From: Candidatus Marinacidobacterales bacterium
GTDB lineage: Bacteria > Acidobacteriota > Vicinamibacteria > Marinacidobacterales > SMYC01
Assembly: GCA_965237955.1 (NCBI GenBank)
Contig: OZ250169.1
Location: forward strand, 512,001-576,000
Direction: 5' to 3'
DNA: 64,000 nucleotides
The stretch's first letter is position 1. Each line of letters starts with the position of its first letter. Position numbers and translations under genes: made by a program. The notes under the pieces are model-generated. The model saw only the letters and a list, made by a program, of their open reading frames with translations. It was not told the DNA's origin and did no database searches. Below are positions 20,454 to 30,689 of this stretch, piece by piece.

Positions 20454-22565
20454 ATGAACCACAGCGAGATCGCCAGCTTCATTTGGAGCGTGGCGGATCT
20501 GATCCGCGACACCTTCAAGCGAGGCAAGTACCAGGACGTGATCCTGCCGCTCACCGTGCTGCGTCGGCTCGATTGCGTGCTGACCCCCACGAAGCGGAAG
20601 GTGCTAGCGGTCCAGGCCAAGTATAAGGGCAGGATCGAAAACCTCGACCCACAGCTTCGGCGCGCATCTGGATTCGCGTTCTACAACACGTCCCGCTACG
20701 ACTTCGAGAAGCTACTCGCCGACGCCCCCCACATCGCTCAAAACCTGCGCAACTACATCGCCGGGTTCAGCCCCAACATGCGCGAGGTGCTGGATAAGTT
20801 CGACTTCGACAACACCATCACCAAGCTCGAAGAGGCGGGGCTCCTGTTCCAGGTCGTGCAGCGGTTCGGCGATCCGAAAGTGAACCTCCACCCAGACGTG
20901 ATCGACAACTTCACGATGGGCACTATCTTCGAGGAACTCATCCGGAAGTTCAACGAGGCGCTGAACGAGAACCCGGGTGAGCACTTCACCCCCCGTGACG
21001 TCGTCCATCTCATGGTCGACCTGCTGCTGGCCGGCGACAAGGAGCGGCTACGCACGAAGGGGGTCGTGCTGAGTGTCTACGACCCGTGCTGCGGCTCGGG
21101 CGGCATGCTCACCATCGCCAAGGAGCACATCACCGTCGGAGAGAGACGCGAGGGCGAACGCCGCGGCGACGCCGTGAACCCGGACGCCGACACCCATCTG
21201 TTCGGCCAGGAGGTGAACCCGGAGACCTTCGCGGTCTGCAAGTCGGATCTCTTCATGAAGTCGGAAGACGGCCGCGACGCGGAGAACGTCCTCTTCGGAA
21301 GCACGCTCTCAAACGAACGGCACGCCGGTGCCACCTTCGACTATATGATTGCCAATCCGCCCTACGGCAAGGACTGGAAGCGCGACGAAGACGCGGTGCG
21401 GAGCGAGCACGACCGAGGCACCGCCGGGCGCTTCGCGCCCGGTCTGCCACGGATCAGCGATGGCCAGCTCCTGTTCCTGCTGCACATGCTCGCGCACACC
21501 AAGGAGCGGGCCCAGAGTGGCTCCCGGGTCGCGATCATCATGAACGGCTCGCCGCTCTTCACCGGCGATGCCGGCAGTGGCGAGAGCGAGATTCGCCGCT
21601 GGATCCTCGAGAACGACTTGCTCGAAGCGCTGATCGCACTGCCCGAGCAGCTCTTCTACAACACCGGTATCGCGACCTACGTCTGGGTGCTCACGAACAG
21701 GAAACGGCCTGAGCGCGCTGGCAGGGTCCAGCTCATCGATGCCACCTCGTTTTGGGTCTTGCTGCGCAAGAGCCTGGGCGCCAAGCGTCGCGAGATCCCG
21801 TTCGACCGGAAGGAAGACATCCTCCGGCTACTGGCCGACTTCGAGGACGGCGCGACCCGCAAGGTCGTCCAGGACGGCGCGGAGCGCGAGGTCGTCGTCA
21901 GCCGCGTGTACCCGACCACGCACTTCGGCTTCCGCAAGATCACGGTCGAACGCCCGCTCAAGCTCGACTTCCAGGCCAGCCCCGAGAGGATCGCGCGGCT
22001 CGACGACGAGCGCGCCTTCGTCAACTTGGCGGTGTCGCGCAAGAAGGGCGCGGCCAAGGACAGAGACGAGGAGTCGGGCCGGGAGCAGCAGGCCGCGATT
22101 CGAACCGTGCTCCGGAGTCTGCCGGACAAGCTCTTCCTGGATCGGGCAGTCTTCGAAGCTGAGCTTTTCCGGGCAGCTCGAAAGGCGAAGCTCAAGCTCG
22201 CTGCCCCCATCAGGAAGGCTATTCTCTCCGCGTTGTCCGAACGCAACGACGAGGCGGAGATTTGCCGAGACCGGGAGGGTCGCTCCGCGCCCGATCCGGA
22301 GTTCCGCGACACGGAGAACGTGCCCCTTCTGGAGGATGTCGAGTCGTTCTTCGAGCGGGAGGTGAAGCCCCACGTTCCCGACGCGTGGATCGATATAACA
22401 CGCCGCGATCCACAGGATGGGGAGGTCGGGCTCGTGGGCTACGAGATCAACTTCAACCGGTACTTCTACGAGTACCGCCCGCCCCGCCCGCTGGAGGAAA
22501 TCGAGGCTGACATCCAGCAGGTGGAGAAAGAGATCGTCGCCATGCTACGGGAGGTGGCGGGTTGA
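20454..22565 (+). CDS. hsdM: Type I R-M methyltransferase subunit
   Basis: FIWSVADL, VILPLTVLRRLDC, GEHFTPRDV, YDPCCGSGGML, ANPPY, LFYNTGIATY, GYEINFNRYFY. Confidence 0.96.
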   Translation: MNHSEIASFIWSVADLIRDTFKRGKYQDVILPLTVLRRLDCVLTPTKRKVLAVQAKYKGRIENLDPQLRRASGFAFYNTSRYDFEKLLADAPHIAQNLRNYIAGFSPNMREVLDKFDFDNTITKLEEAGLLFQVVQRFGDPKVNLHPDVIDNFTMGTIFEELIRKFNEALNENPGEHFTPRDVVHLMVDLLLAGDKERLRTKGVVLSVYDPCCGSGGMLTIAKEHITVGERREGERRGDAVNPDADTHLFGQEVNPETFAVCKSDLFMKSEDGRDAENVLFGSTLSNERHAGATFDYMIANPPYGKDWKRDEDAVRSEHDRGTAGRFAPGLPRISDGQLLFLLHMLAHTKERAQSGSRVAIIMNGSPLFTGDAGSGESEIRRWILENDLLEALIALPEQLFYNTGIATYVWVLTNRKRPERAGRVQLIDATSFWVLLRKSLGAKRREIPFDRKEDILRLLADFEDGATRKVVQDGAEREVVVSRVYPTTHFGFRKITVERPLKLDFQASPERIARLDDERAFVNLAVSRKKGAAKDRDEESGREQQAAIRTVLRSLPDKLFLDRAVFEAELFRAARKAKLKLAAPIRKAILSALSERNDEAEICRDREGRSAPDPEFRDTENVPLLEDVESFFEREVKPHVPDAWIDITRRDPQDGEVGLVGYEINFNRYFYEYRPPRPLEEIEADIQQVEKEIVAMLREVAG

Positions 22566-22847
22566 CCATGTTCTTAAAGGGACGTCGTTCGCTAACGAGA
22601 GACCCGCGGCGCTACCCCCCGACTTCTACGAGGACACCGTGCGCGCGCAACGCCGGCAGGAACTGCATCGGCAGATCGCGACGAACATCGACAGTCCGGC
22701 TCAGCTCGCGGACTCCGGCGAGGAGCTGCGGGACTTCCTAGGACCAATCGGGGACAGATTGATCGAGAAGAGTCCGTTCAAGCAGGTCCTGCCCGCTGGC
22801 GGGCCCTGGCGGCCGGGGACTCAGCCTGGCACGGAAGGCGAAGGACT

Positions 22848-24233
22848 GTGACTGAGGTGACTGATCAGATCGGAGAGGTGCGACCCCGGCGATTCCGGCC
22901 TTACCCAGAGTACAGGGACTCCGGCGTCGAGTGGCTGGGTAAGATCCCAACCCATTGGAAGGTGATAAGACTCAAGACTATGGCCTCGGTGCAACTGAGC
23001 AATGTCGACAAGAAGTCCAAAGCAGGCCAGGTTCCCGTGAAGCTCTGCAACTACGTCGACGTCTACTACAACGACCGTATCACGGCCGAACTCGAGTTCA
23101 TGAATGCAACTGCCACACCCGAGCAGGCGCGACGATTCCTGCTTCGGATTGGCAACGTTGTGATTACCAAGGATTCTGAATCCTGGGATGACATCGCAGT
23201 GCCTGCTGTCGTGGCAGAAGACCTAACGGACGTGCTGTGTGGATACCACTTGGCACAGATCAAGCCGCGACCGGACCTCGATGGCCGGTTTCTTGCCCGC
23301 CAGTTCTCGGCGATTGGCGTGCGAGATCAGTTCCACATTGCAGCGAATGGAATAACCAGGTTCGGCCTGGGTGGAGACGCGATCCGCACTGGCCTCTTTC
23401 CGATCGCGCCGGTCGAAGAACAACGCGCCATCGCCGCTTTTCTCGACCGCGAGACGGCGAGAATCGATGGGTTGGTGGCGAGAACGGAGCGGTTGGTCGA
23501 GCTGCTTCAGGAGAAACGCACCGCGCTCATCACCCGCGCCGTCACCCGGGGCCTCGACCCGAACGTTCCGATGAAAGACTCTGGCGTCGAGTGGCTGGGC
23601 AAGATCCCGGCGCATTGGGAGGTGAAAAGGACGAAGTTCGCGGCCACGCTGCGGTCAGGGCACACCCCCAGCCGACAGAACCCGGAGTATTGGAAGGACT
23701 GCACCATTCCGTGGTTTGGTCTCGCCGACGTCTGGCAAATACGGGACGGGCAGGTCGAATACGTGCACGTAACAGCTGAGAAGATCAGCGAAATTGGAAT
23801 GGCGAACTCTGCTGCGAGGCTCCTGCCGGAGGGGACAGTGATTCTGTCGCGCACCGCATCAGTAGGGTTCTCGGCAATCCTTGGCGTTGATATGGCAACG
23901 ACGCAGGACTTCGTCAACTGGATTTGCGGGCCATTCCTGCAACCCGAGTACCTTCTATACGTCCTTCGTGCCATGGGATCGGAATTTCGGCGTCTCAAGA
24001 TGGGCTCAACGCACCAGACCATCTACATGCCTGATGTCGGTCGCTTCTCAACACCCGTTCCACCGGTTCTCGAGCAGGATCAGATCGTCGCTTTCATTCG
24101 AAAGGAGACCGCAGTTATCGACGCCCTCATCGCCAAAGTCCACCAAGCCGTCGGCCACCTAAAAGAATTCCGCACCGCCCTCATTTCCGCAGCGGTCACC
24201 GGCAAGATCGATGTCCGGGAGGAAGTGTCATGA
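22848..24233 (+). CDS. hsdS: Type I R-M specificity subunit
   Basis: Two DSGVEWLGKIPxHW repeats, two TRDs, EEQRAIAAFLD / EQDQIVAFI helices, ALISAAVTGKIDVR end. Confidence 0.95.
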   Translation: MTEVTDQIGEVRPRRFRPYPEYRDSGVEWLGKIPTHWKVIRLKTMASVQLSNVDKKSKAGQVPVKLCNYVDVYYNDRITAELEFMNATATPEQARRFLLRIGNVVITKDSESWDDIAVPAVVAEDLTDVLCGYHLAQIKPRPDLDGRFLARQFSAIGVRDQFHIAANGITRFGLGGDAIRTGLFPIAPVEEQRAIAAFLDRETARIDGLVARTERLVELLQEKRTALITRAVTRGLDPNVPMKDSGVEWLGKIPAHWEVKRTKFAATLRSGHTPSRQNPEYWKDCTIPWFGLADVWQIRDGQVEYVHVTAEKISEIGMANSAARLLPEGTVILSRTASVGFSAILGVDMATTQDFVNWICGPFLQPEYLLYVLRAMGSEFRRLKMGSTHQTIYMPDVGRFSTPVPPVLEQDQIVAFIRKETAVIDALIAKVHQAVGHLKEFRTALISAAVTGKIDVREEVS

Positions 24234-27200
24234 GTCCCGAGATCTCGGAGCGGGCCTTCGAGGAAGCGATCGAGTGCGCGCTGTTGCGCCACGGGCCCGA
24301 CGCCTGCCCGGACGATGCGACCGCGGTGCAGGAGTCGGCGCTGGCGTACGGCGACGAGCCGGTGCCGGGAGGCGGCTACCGCAAGCGCCGACCAGGGGAC
24401 TACGACCGGAGTCTCTGCCTGATTCCGGCCGATGTCGTCGATTTCCTCCTGGCCGCCCAGCCCAAGGAGTGGGAAAAGCTCACGCAGCACTACGGGGCCG
24501 ACGTGAAGCCGCGCTTCCTCGGCCGGCTCTCGCGCGAGATCGGCCGGCGGGGGGCACTCGACATACTGCGAAACGGCGTCAAGGACTCGGGCTGCAAGTT
24601 CCGGCTGGCGTACTTCCGGCCGTCGAGCGGGCTCAACGAGGAGCTGCAGCGCCTACACGCGGCCAACCTCTTCTCCGTAGTGCGCCAGCTCCGCTTCAGC
24701 GAGCACGGTGAGGAGAGCCTCGACCTTGTGCTCTTCCTGAACGGCATCCCCATCTTCACGGCCGAGCTCAAGAACCCGCTCAACGGCCAAGACATCGAGG
24801 ACGCGATCCGACAGTACCGGACTCGCCGCGATCCGCGAGATCCGCTCTTCGCCTACGGGCGCTGCCTTGCCCACTTCGCGATAGACCCGGAGATGGTGTT
24901 CGTGACGACCCGGCTAGTCGGGCCCGCGACCCGTTTTCTGCCTTTCAACCAAGGGCGCTTCGGCGGCGCGGGGAATCCACCAGTGCCGCCCACCCGTCCG
25001 GGCTTCCCGACCGATTATCTGTGGGAGCAGATCTGGGCCCGGAACAGTGTCCTCGACCTGGTCCGCCAGTTCATCCACGAGGTCGAGGAGGAGGAGGACG
25101 ATCGTGGACGCAAGACCGGCAAGCGCTTTCTGATTTTTCCCCGCTACCAGCAACTCGACTGCGTGCGCCAGCTCGTCCGCCACGCTCGCAACCACGGCAC
25201 CGGCGAGCGCTACCTGATCCAGCACTCAGCCGGCAGCGGCAAGAGCTTCACCATTGCTTGGCTCGCCCATCAGCTTTCTGTGCTGCATGATAGCGAGGAC
25301 CGGCGGATTTTCGACTCGGTCGTCGTGGTGACAGATCGGCGCGTGCTCGACCGCCAACTCCAGCGAACCATCCGGCAGTTCGAGCAGACCCTCGGCGTGG
25401 TGGAGAACATTGACCAGACCTCCCGCCAGCTTCGCGAGGCCCTCGAAGCTGGCCGGACGATCATCGTCACCACCCTGCAGAAGTTCCCTGTCATCGCCGA
25501 GCAGATAGGCGGACTTCCCGGCCAGCGCTTCGCCGTGATCGTGGACGAGGCACATTCATCACAGTCCGGCGAGAGCACGAAGAGCCTGAAGGCGGTGCTC
25601 GCGGCAGGGAGCCTTGAAGACGCCGAAAAAGAGGAAGCGGGTGCCGAGACCCCGGAAGAGGAGGTCGAGAACCGGATCCTCAAGGAAATTCGAAGTCGTG
25701 GACGGATGCCGAACCTCTCGACGTTCGCCTTTACGGCGACCCCGAAGCCCAAGACCCTTGAGCTCTTCGGCCGGAAGCGACCGGACGGAAAGTTCGAGCC
25801 CTTCCACCGCTACAGCATGCGCCAGGCGATCGAAGAAGGGTTCATCCTCGATGTGCTCGCGAACTACACGACCTACAAGGCGTACTGGCGTCTGCTGAAG
25901 AAGATCGAGGACGACCCGCGGTACGACAAGCGACAGGCGGAGTATCTGCTCAAGTCCTTCGTCGAGCTGCACCGGCATGCGATCCGCGAGAAGATCGCTA
26001 TCTGTGTGGAGCATTTCGCGGCACAGGTCGCGGGCGAGATCGCCGGGCGGGCCAAGGCGATGATTGTGACGCGCTCGCGCCTGCACGCGGTACACACCAA
26101 GCTCTCCCTGGATCGCTACTTGGCCGAGAAGGGCCATCCCTGGAAAGCGCTCGTCGCCTTCTCTGGAACGGTGAAGGACCGTGGCGAATCCTACACGGAG
26201 TCCGGCATGAACTCGGCCGGTCAAGAGCGGGTCATCGGCGAGCGGCAGACGGCAGCCGAGTTCGACAAGCCCGAGTACCGCTTCCTGGTGGTTGCCAACA
26301 AGTTCCAGGCCGGTTTCGACCAGCCCCTGCTCCACACGATGTACGTGGACAAGAAGCTCGGCGGTGTGAACGCGGTCCAGACGCTGTCCCGCCTGAACCG
26401 CACGCATCTCGGCAAGAAGGGCACGATGGTGCTCGACTTCGCCAACGAAGCCGAGGAGATCAGGAAGGCTTTCGAGCCGTACTACGAGACCACTTTGCTC
26501 TCGGAGGAGACCGACCCTAACCTCCTCTACGAGGTTCAGGGCAGACTGCTCAACTTCGGCGTGTTCATGTCCGACGATGTCGAGACCTTCGGGCGGATGT
26601 ACTTCGATCCCAAGTCGACCCAGGACAGGCTCTACGCGGCGCTGGAACCCGCGCGACAGCGCTTCGTCGAGCTTGCGCCCGCCGAGGGGCGCGACTTCCG
26701 CGGCCAGCTCACCGACTACGTACGCCTGTACGTCTTTCTATCCCAAGTGCTGAGATTCGCCGACCCTGACCTTGAAAAGCTCTACGTTTTCGCCCGACAC
26801 CTCCGGCGCCTGCTGCCGGCCAGCCGTGAGGAGTTGCCTCGCGAGGTTCAGCAGAACATCGACATGGAGTCTTTCCGTATCCAACAGACGAGCCGCGGCC
26901 GGATCCCGCTGGAACGGCAGGTTTGGCCGCTCGAACCCGTCGGGAGCAAGTTGCACAGCGGCCTCGGCACGCAGGAGCTGGAGGCGCTCTCGCGGATCAT
27001 CGAGGCGTTGAACGAGCGCTTCGGCCTGAACCTCGGCCCCGAGCACCGCGTCACGCTCGAGCACATTCGCTCGGCCCTCGACGACGACGCCGGCCTCGAC
27101 GCCAGCGCCCGGGTGAACACGCGCGAGAATGTGCGGCTGACCTTCGACCCCAAGGTTGAGGACAAGATCCAGGAGATCGTCGAGACCAACTTCGAACTGT

Positions 27201-27772
27201 ACAAGCGGATCACCGACGACCTCGACTTTGGCCGGACGTTCAAGAACTTCCTCTTTGACGACTACATCCGGCGGCACCGACGAGCAGAGGAGCTGCTCAA
27301 GCTCCAAGAATCAAAGACACTCGAGTTCAAGTCGAGCCTGCGCTGGAACCTGCAGGAGGATCGCAAGGACGACAAGCACGTGACCCACGCGGCGCTCAAG
27401 GCTATCGCCGCGTTCCTCAACACCGAGGGCGGTGACCTTCTGGTCGGCGTGGACGACAACCGCGAAGTTCTTGGCATCGAGAATGACCGGTTGGAGACCG
27501 AAGACAAGTTCATGCGGCACTTGGCCCAGGCCGTGCGCAATGGTCTCGGTGACCGCGCCGCCACCTGCATCGATCCGAAGGCACAGATCGTCAAGGGCAA
27601 GACCATCTGCCTCGTGAGCTGCCAGCGGAGTCCCGAGCCGGTGTACTTGCAATGGAAGGGCTTGGAGAAGGCCAGTGACGGCGATCTCTACGTCCGGAGC
27701 GGCCCGGGTACAGTGCGACTCGGCGAGGAGGACGCCGAGAAGTACGTCGCCACCAGATTCGGCTCGAAGTGA
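24230..27772 (+). CDS. hsdR: Type I R-M restriction subunit with C-terminal Schlafen/AlbA_2 domain
   Basis: DLVLFLNGIP..AELKN nuclease, QHSAGSGKS, DEAH, FTATPK, QTLSRLNR. The last ~165 aa read ESKTLEFKSS...AIAAFLNTEGGDLLVGVDD...LYVRSG. Confidence 0.93.
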   Translation: MSPEISERAFEEAIECALLRHGPDACPDDATAVQESALAYGDEPVPGGGYRKRRPGDYDRSLCLIPADVVDFLLAAQPKEWEKLTQHYGADVKPRFLGRLSREIGRRGALDILRNGVKDSGCKFRLAYFRPSSGLNEELQRLHAANLFSVVRQLRFSEHGEESLDLVLFLNGIPIFTAELKNPLNGQDIEDAIRQYRTRRDPRDPLFAYGRCLAHFAIDPEMVFVTTRLVGPATRFLPFNQGRFGGAGNPPVPPTRPGFPTDYLWEQIWARNSVLDLVRQFIHEVEEEEDDRGRKTGKRFLIFPRYQQLDCVRQLVRHARNHGTGERYLIQHSAGSGKSFTIAWLAHQLSVLHDSEDRRIFDSVVVVTDRRVLDRQLQRTIRQFEQTLGVVENIDQTSRQLREALEAGRTIIVTTLQKFPVIAEQIGGLPGQRFAVIVDEAHSSQSGESTKSLKAVLAAGSLEDAEKEEAGAETPEEEVENRILKEIRSRGRMPNLSTFAFTATPKPKTLELFGRKRPDGKFEPFHRYSMRQAIEEGFILDVLANYTTYKAYWRLLKKIEDDPRYDKRQAEYLLKSFVELHRHAIREKIAICVEHFAAQVAGEIAGRAKAMIVTRSRLHAVHTKLSLDRYLAEKGHPWKALVAFSGTVKDRGESYTESGMNSAGQERVIGERQTAAEFDKPEYRFLVVANKFQAGFDQPLLHTMYVDKKLGGVNAVQTLSRLNRTHLGKKGTMVLDFANEAEEIRKAFEPYYETTLLSEETDPNLLYEVQGRLLNFGVFMSDDVETFGRMYFDPKSTQDRLYAALEPARQRFVELAPAEGRDFRGQLTDYVRLYVFLSQVLRFADPDLEKLYVFARHLRRLLPASREELPREVQQNIDMESFRIQQTSRGRIPLERQVWPLEPVGSKLHSGLGTQELEALSRIIEALNERFGLNLGPEHRVTLEHIRSALDDDAGLDASARVNTRENVRLTFDPKVEDKIQEIVETNFELYKRITDDLDFGRTFKNFLFDDYIRRHRRAEELLKLQESKTLEFKSSLRWNLQEDRKDDKHVTHAALKAIAAFLNTEGGDLLVGVDDNREVLGIENDRLETEDKFMRHLAQAVRNGLGDRAATCIDPKAQIVKGKTICLVSCQRSPEPVYLQWKGLEKASDGDLYVRSGPGTVRLGEEDAEKYVATRFGSK

Positions 27773-27887
27773 TCTCCACCCGACTAGTCTGCTTTTACGA
27801 GATATCCGAATGTGTGCCACTCTCCCTGTCGGGTGGTTTGATGACGTTGTCAAAAGCGAAATCAAGCCGCTCAAGAAAGGAGCCGAT

Positions 27888-29005
27888 ATGGGAAGTCTGC
27901 TACGAAGGGTCAAGGAACGCAAGAAGACGCGTCGTCTAGGTGAAGTAGAGGTCATGGAGCAAGAGGGATACGGGGAGCTCGAGGTGGACTCGAAGGTCGA
28001 GATGATCCGCGCACTGGTGCCTCTCGGCCTGATGCATGTTCACGAGTTGCTGGACGCCGAGGTCAGTGAGCTTAGGTGGACGAGTTGCTTCTACGAAGAG
28101 TGATGTACGGGATCTCGTGCCGGAACTATGAGTCGGCGGCGGAATTGGTCCCGGGCGCGATCGGTCTGTCGAGTTCGTCGGTGTCGCGCGGCTTCGTCGA
28201 AGCAAGCGCAGCGAAGCTGCGTGAGATGCAGGAGCGTGATCTCTCGGGTGAGGACGTGGTGGCGATGGTCCTGGACGGCAAGACGTTCGCCGACGCGACG
28301 ATGGTGGTGGCTCTCGGCATCACGTTATCCGGGGACAAACGCTTCCTCGGCTTCGTGGAGACAGACACTGAGAACGAGCGTGTTCTTAGGCCGTTCCTGC
28401 GTTCATTGGTCGAGCGGGGTCTCGATATCTCTGAAGGGCTGCTGGTGGTCATCGACGGCAGCAAGGGGCTGCGAGGAGCCGTGACCAAGGCCTTTCGCAG
28501 GCGGGTCGTCGTGGGCCGTTGCCAGTGGCACAAACGAGAGAATGTCGTGCGCTATTTGTCCAAGAGCGAGCAGTCGTTGTGGCGCAAGCGGCTGCAGCGC
28601 GCGTACGGCCGGCCGACGCACAAGGAGGCGCTTGAGGCCCTCGAGCAACTCCACCGCGAGCTGGAAGAGAGGAATCAGTCTGCGGCCTCTAGCCTCGAAG
28701 AGGGGCTGGAGGAGACCCTGACCTTGCATCGTCTTGGCGTGTACGGGGTGCTCGGTCACTCACTAAAGACGACGAACTGCATCGAGTCCGTCAATGCGCT
28801 TATCGAGGAACGTTGCGCGAAGGTCGATCACTGGAAGACTTCGAACCAACGCCAACGCTGGCTCGCGACCGCGCTCACCGACATCGAGCCGCGCCTCCGG
28901 AAGGTGATGGGCTACCGACACCTTCCAAAGCTGCGTGAAGCGCTCAAGCGTGAACTGAAGATCGAGACCGCGAAAAAGAATACGTCGAGGAAGAACGTTG
29001 CTTAA
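27888..29005 (+). pseudogene. IS256-family transposase with internal deletion/frameshift near 28070
   Basis: AAGGAG-ATG start in one frame; GISCRNY, VLDGK, VVIDGSKGL, RCQWHK, TTNCIES in another. Confidence 0.85.
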
Positions 29006-29117
29006 ACGAACCGGGAGCCGTGGACAATTTCAACTAAGCATCGTACGCGCAGGGCTCGCGATCTATCTGGGTAGAAACTCCAGTGCTGCATGGAGCGTCC
29101 GTTTCATACAATAGCGG

Positions 29118-29274
29118 GAGCATCCGGGAACCGAGGCCGACTCAACACTGGTGCGATCCAGCCCGTAACTAAGCATGGCCCGGGGATGTTTCGGCACTGT
29201 CAGTGGTGACACGCGTGAGCGTGATCCCGTTTAGGAGAATGTAACGAATGCCCATCCCTGTTCCCGGATGCTTC
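29118..29274 (+). ncRNA. Candidate IS110 bridge-RNA-like ncRNA
   Basis: Perfect 13-bp closing stem AGCATCCGGGAAC (29119-29131) / GTTCCCGGATGCT (29260-29272). TACAAT at 29107-29112. Internal TTAGGAGAATG (29231-29241) is identical to the right junction (30682-30692). Confidence 0.65.
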
Positions 29275-29281
29275 ACGAAGT

Positions 29282-30685
29282 ATGAAGGAGCATCTGATGA
29301 AGCACAATCGTCGTCAACCCAAGAAGCGGACTTCTCCATCCCTGCTGAAGCAAATCAACGTGAATGTCGCTGGGATCGATTGCGGCTCGGCCGAGCATTT
29401 CGTCGCAGTTCCACCGGAGCGCGATCCTAAACCGATCCGTTCCTTCAGGAGTTTCACGGCCGATCTTCATCGGCTCGCCGACTGGCTCGCGACTTGCGGC
29501 GTGACGAGCATCGCGATGGAGTCGACCGGCGTCTACTGGATCGCACTGTATGAAATCCTCGAAGCCCGTGGCTTCCAGGTCCTCTTGGTCAACGCGCGCC
29601 ACGTCAAAAACGTCCCGGGGCGCAAGAGCGATGTCAGCGATTGCGAATGGCTCCGGGAGTTGCACAGCGTGGGGTTGCTCCGCGGAAGCTTTCGACCCGA
29701 AGCAGCCATCACCGCCCTTCGTGGCTACCTCCGCCACCGAGAGACTCTCGTTCAGAGTGCGGTAACCCATATCCAGCGCATGCAGAAGGCTCTCGTGCAA
29801 ATGAATCTTCAACTCCACCTTGTGGTCACTGATATCACGGGTGTCACTGGCATGCGGATTCTACGAGACATCGTTGCCGGACAAACCGACCCCCATCGGC
29901 TCGCTAAGCACCGTGACCACCGTTGTCAGTCCTCCGAGGCCGAGATCGCCGCTGCACTCACCGGCAACTATCGCCCCGAGCACCTCTTCGCTCTCAAGCA
30001 GAACCTCGAACTCTTTGATGCTTTTCAGCTCCAGATCCAAACCTGTGACGTGGCCATCGAATCGCACCTGCAGCTTCTAGCTCAACGCTCAACCCCGAAC
30101 ACCTCCTTGCCACCGCCTCGAAAATCGCGCAAGCCCCGAGTGAACGAACCTCGGTTCGAGCTCCGGCCTCTCCTCCACCAGATCGCCGGGGTCGACCTCT
30201 CCCAGATCGACGCCATCGGACCCTATTCCGCGCTTCGCTTGCTCGCCGAGATCGGTACCGATATGAACCGATGGCCTACTGAAAAGCACTTCACTTCCTG
30301 GCTTACCCTCGCGCCCAATAACAAAATCTCCGGCGGGCGACTCCTCAGCTCGAAAACACAACCCTCTGCAAACCGCGCCGCTGGCATTCTCCGCATGGCC
30401 GCACTCAGCCTCGGGCGTACACAGACCGCTCTCGGCGCCTACTATCGACGTCTCGCCTATCGCGTCGGTAAATCCAAAGCCATCACCGCCACCGCTCGAA
30501 AGCTCGCCATTCTCGTCTACCGCACTCTCAAGGATGGGCTCGTCTATCAAGACCCCGGGGCCGCCGCCTACAACGCTCAAGATCGCTCCCGTGCCGTGCG
30601 CCGCCTGACCCAACGCGCCGCTGACCTCGGTTTCGCTCTCATCGACACTCAAACGGGCGACGTCGTTCAGGCGGTAGTTTCTTAG
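29282..30685 (+). CDS. IS110-family DEDD recombinase/transposase
   Basis: GIDCGS, AMESTGVYW, LVNARHVKNVPGRKSDVSD, KHFTSWLTLAPNNKISGG, AITATARKLAILVY. Confidence 0.95.
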   Translation: MKEHLMKHNRRQPKKRTSPSLLKQINVNVAGIDCGSAEHFVAVPPERDPKPIRSFRSFTADLHRLADWLATCGVTSIAMESTGVYWIALYEILEARGFQVLLVNARHVKNVPGRKSDVSDCEWLRELHSVGLLRGSFRPEAAITALRGYLRHRETLVQSAVTHIQRMQKALVQMNLQLHLVVTDITGVTGMRILRDIVAGQTDPHRLAKHRDHRCQSSEAEIAAALTGNYRPEHLFALKQNLELFDAFQLQIQTCDVAIESHLQLLAQRSTPNTSLPPPRKSRKPRVNEPRFELRPLLHQIAGVDLSQIDAIGPYSALRLLAEIGTDMNRWPTEKHFTSWLTLAPNNKISGGRLLSSKTQPSANRAAGILRMAALSLGRTQTALGAYYRRLAYRVGKSKAITATARKLAILVYRTLKDGLVYQDPGAAAYNAQDRSRAVRRLTQRAADLGFALIDTQTGDVVQAVVS

Positions 30686-30689
30686 GAGA

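Larger units (their letters stand above)
29073..30689 (+). mobile_element. IS110-family element (boundaries approximate)
   Basis: About 210-nt structured left end plus a recombinase whose stop lies at the right end. Both junctions contain AGAA/TAG, and there is a short inverted AGAAACT / AGTTTCT pair. Confidence 0.8.

Noticed and set aside
29032-29176. AACTAAGCAT present at both the IS256 end and inside the IS110 ncRNA
   Set aside because: The first copy lies about 40 nt outside the inferred IS110 junction within the IS256 terminus; cannot be distinguished from coincidence.
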